DNA of 63,419 bases, counting the filler, from Choristocarpus tenellus KU-1152 (lineage: Eukaryota > Protista > Phaeophyceae): assembly GCA_964200185.2 (NCBI GenBank). It is 10 parts of 10 records of this genome, joined end to end, with 100 filler letters (N's around TTAATTAATTAA, not from the genome) between each part and the next. Parts side by side here need not be neighbours in the genome. Positions count along the whole stretch, not along the records: positions 38,742 to 43,889 come from CAXNAD020011710.1; positions 43,990 to 47,700 come from CAXNAD020018370.1; positions 47,801 to 59,092 come from CAXNAD020002404.1; 7 more parts are not named here. One strand, written 5' to 3'. The position numbers and the translations under genes were made by a program. This document shows positions 39,162-52,221 of this stretch, one piece after another. Within the stretch, counting starts at the first letter, position 1; each line of letters opens with the position of its first letter. The notes under the pieces were generated by a model. That model did no database searches. It saw only the letters and a list, made by a program, of their open reading frames with translations, and had not been told where the DNA came from.

Positions 39162-41407
39162 CTCAGCCACATGTTCCACCTCCTCTGGGAGTCGAAAGGC
39201 GATAGCAATCATTTCATCCACAAGCCCCCGCAATTTCAATCCTACTGCCTCTGACCGTTGCCGCTCCACCCCTTCCAGTCTGTCACCAAACTGCTTCACA
39301 TAGGCTGAGCGATTGGAGCACATGCCCTCTAGCTTTAGCCACATGTCCTTTGCACATCAGTATAGATTTGGGGAGGAGGTTGATTGTAATCAATTATCAT
39401 TAATCGCTAAGAGAACCTTCGAACCCTGCAGATGTTGATGTGTGTGCATGCTTTTTTCAACATATGTGTATGTGTATGGGTATGGGTATATGGGACAGGT
39501 ATGGGTATGGGTGTAGGAGTACTTGTGTATGTACTCCAAATGTGGGTATAAGTATGTATGAGAGGGACATAGAGAGGCAGGTTGTTCACGAATGAATCCC
39601 CTGAATACTGGTAAATGTACCCAATGTTGTTATTGCAAGAATTGAGGACAGTTAGAGCACCCCAGGTTTAACCTTGTTGGGCAGACCCAAGTCTATAATT
39701 GTAGTTGTCTAAACAGTACTAAAAGGGAACGATGCATCAAACAACGGCATCTGTTCATGAACTGACTCCCATGTACTTGACTCCAATACTCTAGGATATC
39801 GGAGTGAGGACAGAGTAAGTATCATCTCCTAAACCAGGTTTTTCTCACCTCAAGATATGGCATTAACTGTTGCACTAAACCCTCATCCTGCCCCAGTTCT
39901 TCTAGTGCTGACTTGACTTCCTCCTCTACCACATTGAGGTCATCTCGGAGCTTGCAGCTTGCTGCAAGGACTTCCCCTTCCATATTATCTGATATTACGG
40001 CTAGGGAAGCCTGGAAGTCTCTAAGTGCCACAATATCCCGCTCACGCTTCTCCTCCTAAGGTCAAACGTTTTGAACATAACGAGAGTGAATAAGATGCAA
40101 TGCTGGGGGTGTAATGCATAACCACATTATCATGATGCTTTGGTCTGTGAAAAAAAAGGGCTGGTCTATTTCAATAGGTAGGTAGGGACGTAGGATTTGC
40201 TCAGAGGTACTCCAGCTCTTTGCTGTTCAAACTCCTTTATATGGATCACTCCAGATTGCCACAGTTCGTCACAGCATATCACAACACCATGTGCCACAAA
40301 ACCATGGTGTTCAAGCATGGAGAGCATGGCCCAAGTATGATGAGCACATGTACCCTCATCCTCATGAAATTAGTAGTCCAAGAAAGACCAGACCCACAAA
40401 ACACAGGCAGTGGCAACGTTTTGACATGAATAACCTGTTTCCTTCGTAGCTTTGTAAATCCGCTTCGAGGAAGTTTAACTTCCAGCGGCTGGTGATGCAA
40501 CATGCGCACCTATGAAAGGAGGGCCAGATCAAGACACCAAGAGTGCAAAAGATTATTCGGTGAAGAGTACTGACCTCCCTCACCCCAATATGTAGTCTTT
40601 GTAACACGCACAGTTAGCCATGATTACGTGAAGGAATACCTAAGATTGATCATAAATCTAAGCTGGAGTACTCGGGCTGCTTGGTACAAGAATTTGATCT
40701 CGCAAACATGATGATCACTTGATATTCATCTTGTTGACATAAGCAAGCTTCATGGTACACAAACCTAGTTCGTACCATGGCATCTCCCTCGGAATCAATA
40801 TAGTATTGTCACTGGGAGCACTCACAAAGTGCGTAGATCTTCGAGAGTCTGCATGGTCTCCTTGAGAACAAATTGTGATGCTGACGAAATAATCCTCAAG
40901 GAGTACTGAGGGCATACTCGATCACAACTCACTTCATCAATCTCTCGCATAACCTCAACCGACCGAGGTATCAGTTGTGGAACAGCTGGAAATTTCGTCC
41001 TTGCATCCCCCAGACGAACTTCGACGGCCCCTGTCCCATCCCTCGGGGCAACAAGGAGGCAATCTCTTCCATATTCAGGTGCCTCGGTTTCAGGGTAGAC
41101 AACTGCTGAGAGGCCTGCCAGTAGTGAGTGTCACAATCGAGGCTCGGAGTCGTCAGGCTGAAGATATATACGTATAGATTGTATGTTACATCCCAAAATA
41201 AGTCATAACAGCATCGTCGCCTGGTCCCATAACCGTACCGCCAACATGTGCAGTGACTAGAAGCGAAATGTGTCGCATCACCGCCAATACATTAGTCGCG
41301 CTACCCTCACCAGGAGTCGTTTTGGTCAGAGGATATTTACCCACTGGTACTCTCTTGACCCTCAAAGCCGCCAGCAGACCTTGTTCTGCGCGCGCCGTTG
41401 ATTTCAT
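39162..41407 (-). CDS. CCDC180: CCDC180/CFAP76-like coiled-coil ciliary protein, 5' part; exons ~41311-41407, 40933-41114, 40435-40509, 39849-40055, 39162-39347
   Basis: All exons are GT-AG and phase-compatible. ...PYLE|DMWLKLEGMCSNRSAYVKQFGDRLEGVERQRSEAVGLKLRGLVDEMIAIAFRLPEEVE resembles the DUF4455 region as I recall it. Confidence 0.65.
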
Positions 41408-42004
41408 TGCTGATAGGGGTGTTTTCCTGTGTAAAAGCTTTGTCAAAATGTTGTGAGGTGTAGTAGACCAGTTCCACATTTTCCCAGCCGTTTCAATCAG
41501 AATTAAGGAAAAAGTAATCGGATATCAAATTCCACAAATCTGAAATCTGATTGGTTTGTATAGGGAACTAGATTTTTCTTTGTTTCTCATTACTGGAATT
41601 ATAGAGCATATAATATGTTCATACTAATATATATTGTAGAACGTACATATTTTCAAGAGGAGGTTAAGGAGTGTTGAGTAGAGAACAATGTAGTATCATT
41701 TTTCCTACACTATATTCTTTAAAAAGTCTGTAAGAGTGTTGCTTTCTTTGAAAAAATTATTGTATCCATACCACACACAAATAGTTGAGGTATGTAATAT
41801 ATATACTTAATATAGTATATTAATTGTAGTCTTGTTTTCCTACATCATTACAATTCCTCCAATAATATTGATGTAATAATTAAGTGCCTCCTCTGCACTG
41901 ACTGTATACAGCAGAAGGTTGTGATGACAAAGTTTCTCCATGATCCAGGAGAGAGTCCTGCACCATAATTCTACCACCTTACGCTGCCATTTGTGGCTGC
42001 CTAG

Positions 42005-43410
42005 GGTCTACGAGAGGTGAGATGGCTGGACGATGGTGTGGCACTGCTAGATAAGTATTTTAGCAAGGTACGATTTCAGTTGTTCAAGTAACCCTTCTTC
42101 TCCATCATCACCATCAAACTCCGTCCCTGACCCTGGATTAGGGTGCAATTTCCCCACCACAAAGTTGAGTTGTGTGGCATCATTCCCTTTGTTGAGATCC
42201 ATCTACACATAGTCCACTTAACTCCATGTACTGCGATACAAGCAAGTTAGCTGAGCTGACAAAAGGTGGATCGGTTTGTCTACTATACTTCCTGGGTGCT
42301 TCGAGGGTACTTACAATTGATGTGAGCCTGTCTTTCCCCTACCCTTCATGTCGTGGTATTGGTGGCAGGCCTGCGAATATTCTTGCAGTCATTTTGTTAT
42401 TCCAGATTGTGATATCCCGAAGAGGCATTACTTCAGTGGTGGGATCGTGTCAGCAGCACTCATCAAAGTGAAACTGTGTCATTACTGACATTGACCGATC
42501 ACCGATTTTGTCGATTCTTTGCACACTCGCCATCATCATGTGTCAAATAAGTGAATTAAGAAGGAGAAACATGAGAGGTGTAAGGCACCCTCGCATAAAT
42601 ATACATTATTTTCCCTTCCCAATATTTGAACTTGAAGTCCACGCACACCTCCACTCACAACAAATTCACAAAGGAAACATCTACCTCCATGACATGCAGG
42701 GTTGGGCTGGGAGTTTTATCATCTAGTTCGTATTTGTTCTCCTCCCTATTGCAGACTATATTGTTAGTGTTGACAACTCTAACAAGTCTGATGTGGAGTT
42801 GAAGATCCTCCACAACAGGTACGAGATAAGGATAGAATTGGGCATACGGGTTCATTCAGAAAGCAAATATTTTGTAGTTGAAATCAGGTACGCCACAACG
42901 TGACATTCTTCTTATCTCAAATACTATTTTGAATGGAATACACCACTACTGCATTGATTGATTGTGCGTAGTATTGTCCATACTTCTATCAAGACTATTA
43001 GAGTACATGTTTTATCACTTTGATATTAGGATACACCACGGAGTAACAGAAAATAATAGGGATCAGTGCCTATATTTGACTCTGAGTGTAGTTTTTGGTC
43101 GAATCCATATCATGAGCATCAATGCAAAGCAACAGCAGGCTACAGTAGAGTACCTCAATATGGATCCCTACCTCTGAATGGGAGAGGTTGGACAACTATT
43201 GTGGTGCTGATAATGAGTGCTATCCGTGCATGTATTAATTCTTTGTTGATTGTTCAGAATTACTGTTCGGATTTTGACTTTCAAGAGTTCCGAACTGAAC
43301 TCCATGGTCCAGTCAACGTGCGTGAGGGGATAGTAGCCATTGTGCAAGTATTCTTCAGTAGAATAATGGAATGTGGATGCCAGCCATGGCTAATGTTTTC
43401 ACTCAAGGAG
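42005..43410 (+). CDS. Possible exons of an unidentified gene divergent from the CCDC180-like gene
   Basis: AG/GT-bounded open segments GLREVRWLDDGVALLDKYFSK, DYIVSVDNS...FVVEI and NYCSDFDF...MFSLKE; phases not fully reconciled. Confidence 0.35.
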
Positions 43411-43989
43411 GTAAACATTGTCCAAGCACTGCGTCTCCCTTTCCGTGTTTTCCTTAGCGGGTATTCTTCTGTGCAGCATCATCAAACCCAGAGTTCTTGA
43501 AATATTAGTGCCTTCTGGTATACATGATTCGAGGTATCGAATATTGGAACTAATACACTGGTCTCCTGAGCAGTTCTATCAATTGAAAAATGTTGGAATG
43601 GTTTATGGGTGAACAGAGTTCCCAGATAGATGTAACCCTGTGCATTTTGTAATGAAGTCAGCAAATAATGTTGCTCATCCTTCGAAGGTATGACTGCAAG
43701 TAGCCTGCAGCATCCTTCAAATTATTCGCAACTGCATTACAAAGCAATTGAATGTATTTTGTAAGTCAGGATTTTTGCACCTCTACTGGGGGCCCTCACC
43801 TTATGAATAGCTATATAATGATTACTGAGCAAAGCGTAGTATTTTTAATCTGTGAGGAACATTGACCCAAAGTATCTGGGAGGGGGGGGNNNNNNNNNNN
43901 NNNNNNNNNNNNNNNNNNNNNNNNNNNNNNNNNTTAATTAATTAANNNNNNNNNNNNNNNNNNNNNNNNNNNNNNNNNNNNNNNNNNNN

Positions 43990-46900
43990 GGAGAAGATAG
44001 CCAACATGTTCTACTTCCACTTCATTGGGGACAGCACGACGAGACGTCTGGCCGATAGCTTCGAATCTCTGTACACAGGAATAATACCGACTCATCCCCA
44101 CTCGAATGGAAGAGTAAATCACAGTGTTGGAGCATTGGATGCCATCTTCGACTGGACACCATTATGCAGCGAATTCCGAGCCCAGATCACGGAATCCACA
44201 CTTGATTTGGACAATCCTGCGCAGAAAGTGATTGTGATCGTGACGCAGTTCGGCATCCATGACGTCACTGATGCTGTGAGAGCTCATTGATTCACGTGGA
44301 TTTTGTCTAATGTGTGCTTGGAGAGTACTGCATCCTATCGATGTATTAAGATTAGAAGTATATATATCAGTCTCTGCCCATGCAACCAATCCCACCTCCA
44401 ATTGCCAAAACTGTGATGTTGAGATTTAGTGGTCCTTTGTCAAACAAAGTACTGGTCACAGTATACAGGATAGCTGGTTCTGATGTACTTGATAAACAAC
44501 TTGTGCTTTAATTATTGTTGATAGGGATACGATACTCTTGTTCGGTTGATGAAAGATCACTGGTGTGTTGTAACCCTTTGTCTTTGTTACCTTATTGTTC
44601 TACTAAGAGCGTTAATTGCAAAATAGTGAGCATTTGGTGTGCCTTGCATCGTATGTTTCCCCTGCCCTGAATTTAGATTTGTGAACGGAATTTTTAGAGA
44701 TCGAATATTGCGTGATTTAGCGAGTCTACCACGCGTATACTCTACTCCAATTTCCTGTTTGTATCGCGCACAACAACACGCATTTAGACGTGTAGACGTG
44801 TACAATTATTTTGTCACTACTTTGACTCTCATTTTTGCACCACACGGAGGATATGGCACAGAGTTTCCTAACCGGAGGGATTAGGAGGTCATTGAATGAA
44901 GCTAGGGATAGTGGTCCTCATGATGCAATCTCAAACGATTCAGTCCTGGGCAAAGCCTTCATTTTGAGGTGGTACTGTCACAAGTCTTTAACAGAGAGAA
45001 TGTTGACAGCTGAACGCTGTCTTCGTAACTGAATAGCATTGGAACCCAGTGGCGTAAACAGAGATCCCTGCTGAGATTTCTTCTGTGTCTACTCAAGGCA
45101 CAGGAATAACTTGACTGGAATTTAATTCCTCTTAAGTCAAACTGAAACAGTGGGGATCGTGGTGGAAGAAAGTGGAGCACATCAAAGATGAGAACCCAAT
45201 TTCATCAAACACCTCAGATGTACTCTGGAAAGGCACGGAAAGCTATTGGAAAGTGCTGGATGGGTGAGAAGTGAAAGGAACACCATCTCCTTACCTTACA
45301 CAAACGGCTTCAGACTGGAGGACATTACTCTATGGCTACCCCATCTCTGCTGGTCATCTTCACCTATGAATCATAGTGGGTGAGTTTCCTCCCTCACACA
45401 TACCCCGTTTGTCCACATTACTAAATAGCGGTTCATAATGTCACATCAATGAGGAGTAATAGTCCACTCAGTATGGTGCATGTTGTCCACATGAACAAAA
45501 CCTCATATCTTCATGTGTACTTTAGTTAATCCATGCATATCATTGCTTCCCCTTTTGTCTTGTTTCTCCACCCCTAGTCCTTGCAGGTTGTCTAAATCGA
45601 CCACTTCCGGGCTCTTTCCACATCACTTAACCTCAAGACCAAGATTCCGTGTCTTCAAGCCATTGTTAAACTACTGGAAGACACCAAGAAGAAGACTGTG
45701 GCTCTCATATTAGGAGATCAATAGGTCACTGCCACAACGTATGGATGGACATCATGTGAAGATGAGCTGCACATCTTGGACTCTAGTCTTCATTGATGTA
45801 TCTTGGGAGAGAGTTGAATCGCATGTGGGCTGCATTTGCTTCCCTGGTAACTACATTTGGTGACATGGTTGTGTTGAAGCGCTAGTGAAGGAACACCCCA
45901 ACAAGAGATGCACGTTAGCTCAAGTCAAGGATGTAAGTTCTATGTGGGGAGTTCGACTGTGAAGTGGAGGGGAGGGAAGCTGTGAAAAAGCTCAATGGCT
46001 GTTGAGGGCACTGCCTTGAGAACACACCAAAGGTGGCCTTCAACAGTTTTGAAACCCACCATGGTCAAGTTTCTTGTCGCAGATGATAAGTGGTACACTG
46101 GCTCCAATCATATGTCAGCACGGTTCAGTGAGATGTGTGAGGTGATCAAGATTTCACCAAAGGTCCTGCAAGACATGACGACTTGAAGGTAGTCTACGTG
46201 AAGCCTTTGTGATCGTATTCTCTACCTTGAAGGCTATAAGCGTCCGTAAGACCAATGATGGCTTACTCCTGCTCAAGACCCCTTGACTGGGAGAACCAGG
46301 TGGTCATAAGGAATATGACCAAGCCAATCATGGAGGCGTAGAAGAAGCTGGAGGATCATATGTCGGTTCTCTTGGTCCACATAATTTACATTGCATGTGT
46401 TGAATTGTGGCGCCTCTCACCAGTCAGGTGGCCTATTTTCTTGTGGTCGTGCTGCTCACAGACTACATGCGACCCATTGCTCGACTGACTGCAATGCTAG
46501 TCATGTCCTTGTAGATATGTATGTATGGGTGCAGCTGTACTGTGTTCATTACCAACACACTGGTAAGTCATCATGCGCATGGTAGTAATATTTTTGGTAT
46601 TACTTAGTAAATGATAGAATGAAGTGACTGGGTGTATGTTTGTTGTCCTTGAAGATGAGAGATTCCTTTGCTTTGATGGGTAGTCCATATCAACAGCATA
46701 CCCCTTGAAGTTTCAGGAGCATTTGTCAAATAACCTCTACGCTGATCGTTTCTGATGCCGTTGTATTCTCAGCTCTTATGAAACCAGACTATGAGTTTCA
46801 ATAGTGTATTGATGTCGTGTATTGTCCCTGAGATGATCACTTGCTGACCCATCTACTTTCGACATAGTACAGAAGTTTCTTGCTCACACTAGAAAATCGA

Positions 46901-47432
46901 ATTCTATAATAATTCCCCGAGTTCAACTGACCTCCTCCCCCATTTACCATTGACCTGACTGTACGGCACTTGACAGATGAAATCTCCTGAGGGTTCTTGG
47001 GGCGGAAAAGTCGAGTGGAGTAAGGTGGATGTAGAATATTTTCAGGAACACTCAACGAGAGCTATGGCTCAATGCCTGGATGTCACACAGCAACTTATTG
47101 AGTTTGCACAGCAGCAGTCTAAAGAGGGTTTGCGGCCCATAGTACTGTTGATGCAAGGTAACCCATTTATGGAGGGGGATGGACGGTGTGAATGGATGGA
47201 TGAGCTTCATGTCCGACGACTTGAAGTCTTGCGGAAAGGGCAGATCCACTTCAACGGAGGAAACTCTACTGAGGGACCATATATATTAGAAGACACTGCA
47301 AACATATTTAACAAACTTGAGTGCAAGAGGATTGGTGACTCAATCCACTTCTCGGAGCCTGTGAAGATGACACAAGCGAAGATGCTCTTGCACATCATGG
47401 CCATAATTGCAGATGGCCTGGACTCTGGATAG
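43990..47432 (+). CDS. PC-esterase/SGNH (TBL/Cas1p-like) protein, last two exons (<43990-44275 and 46977-47432)
   Basis: FIGDSTTR (GDS), FGIHD and DSIH (DxxH) motifs; phase-0 GT-AG intron of about 2.7 kb. Confidence 0.75.
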
Positions 47433-48488
47433 AGGGAACGATAATTTAAAGCATGGAGTACTGAGTATAGAGCGAAGCCTACAGATATTTTTGAGCTGAG
47501 GAGAAAGGTTACGCTGAATGTGTGTCTCAAGCATGGTTGCCCAGACGAAATGTTTTTGTTTTTGTGCAATGATTCATGTAGGGCTGTTGTTGATAGGCAG
47601 GAGAAAGGATAAGGATAAAGAGAATCGAACAAGTAATTCGACATTCTCCCCTCAATCACGTCTCCTGTAACCTAACTTGTAGTGCCAACACTTAAAGATA
47701 NNNNNNNNNNNNNNNNNNNNNNNNNNNNNNNNNNNNNNNNNNNNTTAATTAATTAANNNNNNNNNNNNNNNNNNNNNNNNNNNNNNNNNNNNNNNNNNNN
47801 TTACTCTTTCTGCATTGCCGACCTTTCCCCCCCCCCTTCCACCCCCTCCCTTCAAATTGTTGTCCTGGTTATGGTTGGGAAAAGGTCTACTTCCCCACTG
47901 TGGACACTACTGTTATTGCAGTTAGAGGCACAACTACCCCCATCGACATCTTGAAGGATCTGCAGGTGAAAATTGCATCTACTTGAAAGTGCTTGGAATA
48001 CTACAATGCTGTTGATACCATACCTGGAATGCATTATTAGTTGTAGTCCATATGCAGGTTTTGTACCTCTACTGTTGACATCTTTCTTCTTTTTCCTATG
48101 AACACATTTTAATATTGTATCAGGTTACGCCTTATTTGAGCATGGCTGAAGTTATTTTCTATAAATGTATATATACTTCGGAGTATACTATATGTTGTAT
48201 TGAGTGCTGTAGTCTGCCTAGGACACGACATCCTTCTTCTCTTTTGTGTGGATTCGGTTCTGCTATGCACTGCATAGCATGATGCATGTGTATGAGGTAT
48301 AGTACATGACAAGATGAATTTGTTTCATGTTGTATCATGTCAGTGAGGTTTGATTGTTGTCTTATACTCAGGAAAGACTATGGCACGATGCAGTGTTTCA
48401 ATAGTATGATGGGGTGTAAAAAGGGTTGTTCAGTGTGTACTACGATATTACTGCCACAATAATGAACAAGATTGTGATGGGATCAGGT

Positions 48489-48552
48489 TATATACCGTTA
48501 TTGACGTTAAATACCGTTATTGAATTTATATACCGTTATTGACGTTATTGAC
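48489..48552. repeat. Tandem repeat, ~19-bp unit containing ATACCGTTATTGA, 3 copies
   Basis: Directly visible. Confidence 0.8.
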
Positions 48553-48607
48553 ACACCCCTCGGCAACTGTCAACACCTAATGTGCACATTTCAAAGGAGG
48601 ATGAGAT

Positions 48608-48999
48608 TCCGTGCAAATCGTCCCTTTGGAAGCACGCTCTGGTAACGACGGTGCTCCTTGACTATGGTCAGTAGCGTGGAACTTCTTAGTCAAACTTGAA
48701 CAGATAACACAGAATTCGAGCCGCTGAAAGACGAAAAAATTGGAAAATATCAAGAAGGCTTCGATACTATTGGACATAAAGGGCACCATGCCAAACTAGC
48801 TGCCTTAATGCCTTACACTAAACTAGTTAGTTTGGCACGGTGTCCTTGATGCCCAACAGTGTTGAATTGACGCCTTCTTGATATTTTCCGATTTGTCTTC
48901 TTTCAGTGGATTGAACTCTGCGGATATCTGTACTACTGTCCATAGTTGAGGAGCACCGTAGCTCCCAGAGTGTTCTTCCGAAGTGATGATTTGCATGGA
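48608..48999 (+). ncRNA. Long imperfect hairpin, candidate miRNA/hairpin-RNA precursor
   Basis: Arms of about 180-195 nt around a ~23-nt loop near 48803-48825; transition mismatches mostly give G:U pairs on the + strand. Confidence 0.5.
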
Positions 49000-51610
49000 C
49001 CTTGTTCTCTGTGTGACCTACCTCAATAGACTCTCACTATTTCCATCCATACTCCCCTGCTGTCTGGACTAGAGTTAGGGTTATTCTGGACTCTCACTGT
49101 TTTCAAATCTCTCCACTGTTGCTGCCGCGGACCCTCTAGTCACTTGGACAAGCAGAAACCACAGAAGTCTGTTGTTCTTTTCATAGTTCTTGTACCCTAT
49201 TGTTTCCTCTTCCATTCATGTGTCTGTAAGTTCAGGGATTTCTTATGTTTGCTGTAGCCTTCTGAAATAATGTCGTACAGACCCTTTCCACTAATGTAGC
49301 CCACCTCAGACAGCCTCCATGTTGTCTAGGTCCCCACTGACTGACCTGTTGGCCCAGTTGAGATGGGCCAACATCTTCATATTGTTCTCCATACCTTTGA
49401 GGCTCATGACCTATACAGATGTAGACTGTTATTTGTGTAAGTATGGAGTGCTAGAAAAAAATGAGAGCCTCACACGATTCCCCCTTGCTGAATCTGATGA
49501 AATGGTTGAGAAGAGAAGAGTTCCAGTATTACGCATGGTGGGGCTTGGATTAGCACTTGCTGTTTTTAGAAGGATTCGCTAAAAAGCACTTGCATTATTT
49601 CCAGAACATGCCATCACAAAGCAGAAAGTGTCTCGCCTGCCAATATATGAGTTATCATCCCAAATGATTTCTGTTACAAATTACTTCGGTAATTTGTATC
49701 ATACTCTGCACACCTACCAATGTGGATTAGTGGTGTGCAGATTAAGTTCTAACATGTATGTTGGTTGAAAAGTGGAACAGGCACTTGGATATTCATATGC
49801 AGAGTTTGGTTGATGACTATTCAATATTTGGGCATTCTGATTTGTTTATTCTATAATGGGTCAGTTGTGTGTGGGATTTTTTTCCCCCTGAAAGTACAGG
49901 CAACTAATTGCCTCCGCATGAATAAACATTGGATCACTTCACAATATTTCAACCATTGCAGACTAGTTGGTATCTTTCTTGGTACAAGGGACATCATGTG
50001 AGGCTCACTATCTCACTCTATGGACTCCTTGGGTACATGCTGCTGCTAATATGAAATAGAAAATGTATAAATCAATCAATGATTGCTTTTGTGAAATAGG
50101 TGGCTTCCACAATTTTTACTTTATTTGCAGGTCCAGACACCATTGGTTGACCAGATTATTACTTGGCAATAAAAAATGTATTGCTATGTACTACTGCAAT
50201 ATGCTTCTCTTTATGTGTATCCTTCCAGACTTAGGATGATCTCTCGGAGATGATACAAACGTGTCCCCCCTCCCCACTCTTTCATCCATCTTTTCTGGAT
50301 GTTTTCCTTAACAACCATCAATCTGGTATTCTGACAAATGCTTCCCCCCCCACTCCTTGTAACCAATGTGCAAGTACCCATGCTTACCTTAAAATTCCAA
50401 ACATGTTGGAAACATACCCATCCTTAATTCACTTATGTACTTCCTACCTTTCTGGACCAGTACTGGTTTGGGGTGGGACTTCTCCAAGTAATCTCAAGAG
50501 TATTGTTGCCTCTTACCTACCAGCTGCCGGATGCATTCATATCGTGGGTGCTTTACCTGTCCACTTTACCTGGTGTGGGTCCTCTCCCGGTGAGTTAATT
50601 TTCTGACGATTTTCTGTCTCCTATATTTACGTTGTTTGTGATAGGAATCTATGTAGCGGGGATTTGTATTTTTCATTTTTTTTTCTTGTTTGGAATTGTC
50701 CCGCAGGGGGATATTTTTTTCTTTAATTTTTTGTCCTGGATTGATGGATTGATTGAACAACACACACACATATGTAACATGTGCAATACCTCTAGCGATA
50801 AGATTAGTAATGATATGGGTGCTGTACGTTGCGGAAACAATGGGAGTTTACTGAGGGATCATGTTTTTGACTCATTCTGTGAATATTCAATATTTGTCAG
50901 GACTTGCTCTGTGAGGAATTGTTCGACACATCTCTATCTATAGCCAGTTACCGTTTTCATTGCAGTGTAGCAAATGTTTCAATATCACTACTCCATTTAA
51001 TTGTGGTCTTGCCATCATACTGTCTTTTTCTTGGGTATTGCAGTACTCTTGTGCACATTAAATTCAGACACCACTTCCGACCCAGGAGTCTGGACAGAGG
51101 TTGCAATAGAAGATAGTGGGACCTCTAATGAAAGAACTGGTTATGATTATTGGTATTGTTGGCATTTTTTTATCACTGAATAGTGTGTCTCATCTCCACT
51201 TGTTAATATCCATCTGTAACTACAAAGCTTTCAACAATGCTTCCTTGTCTATATTCATGTACCTTTCTTGTAAGACTCTGTGTGGGGAGGAATGAAATTT
51301 TTTCCCCCACAAAATTTCAGGACCATTATGTACATCTTGAACAAACTCTGCTGGACCCACTCCAGCATTGCTATGTCATATTCTGAATAAGGGGTTTGAA
51401 ACTGCTCAAAAGGTCCTCAACAGTGCTGTAAGATGTCTCCTAACCCAACCTTTGAGTGACCCAAAGAAGACCAAGTCATTGATGATAGGTCCGGTGACTG
51501 TGATGGCTGTGTCACATGGAACATGTATCACCTATTACCTTCATCGGCTGTTCAGAGGACTTCCTTATTATGTCAACTGATGTGAGGTTTTGCGATACTC
51601 TCCTGTACTA

Positions 51611-52175
51611 TCACACACTGCCTGTGTAGCTGTGTATTCTTTTGTGGATTGTGGGCAATAGGCACTTCATATACCACTTTTGGTACCACTCATGGCCATG
51701 AGTCACTTCAAAGAGGTAATTCTTGCATGCCTTCTGCTTCTTGGACTTTTGGACAGCCCTCTTCATGACAAAGGCATGTGAAATTCCAAACTTGTCCTTG
51801 AAGTCATGGGAAGGGTCTGGGCATATACTTGTGACAAGGAGCATCAACTTGAGGACATAGATCTTGTACTTGGATGTGTGAGACTCTTGACATTCCTCTT
51901 GAGAAAGCGCCCTCACCTTTTTCCCATCCTCCACCAGATGGATGCAGGCGTTGTCCACATAAAAGCCAGTTGCTCAGTGTCTTATATTGAGGAAAAACAA
52001 AATAAACCGCAAGTTCCACTTTGCGTGCCTGATGATACAGAATAAACTTGGGTGTGATGTGATAAGTATGCTCCTCCACTCTCAGTTCTCTCAACCACTG
52101 CTTAAGTGTTGAGATGAGCTTCTGAAGCCCATTCTCAAGCAGTCGAACTGCAACTTGGACAACCATGTAGGGCAT
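51611..52175 (-). mobile_element. Tc1/mariner (DD39D-type) transposase relic
   Basis: YVLKLMLLVTSICPDPSHDFKDKFGI...EWYQKWYMKCLLPTI resembles 'KVMFLAAVARP..FDGKIGIW'. Confidence 0.6.
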
Positions 52176-52221
52176 CTACAGCCGCTAGGCATCTACATCC
52201 CACATCTCACGAACTTAAGTA

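Noticed and set aside
40715-40915. Possible Copia RNase H remnant (SVLLED...RRSTH)
   Set aside because: Similarity is too weak and the sequence lies in a CCDC180-like intron.
44900-46400. Possible retroelement debris in the PC-esterase intron
   Set aside because: No motif I could identify with confidence.
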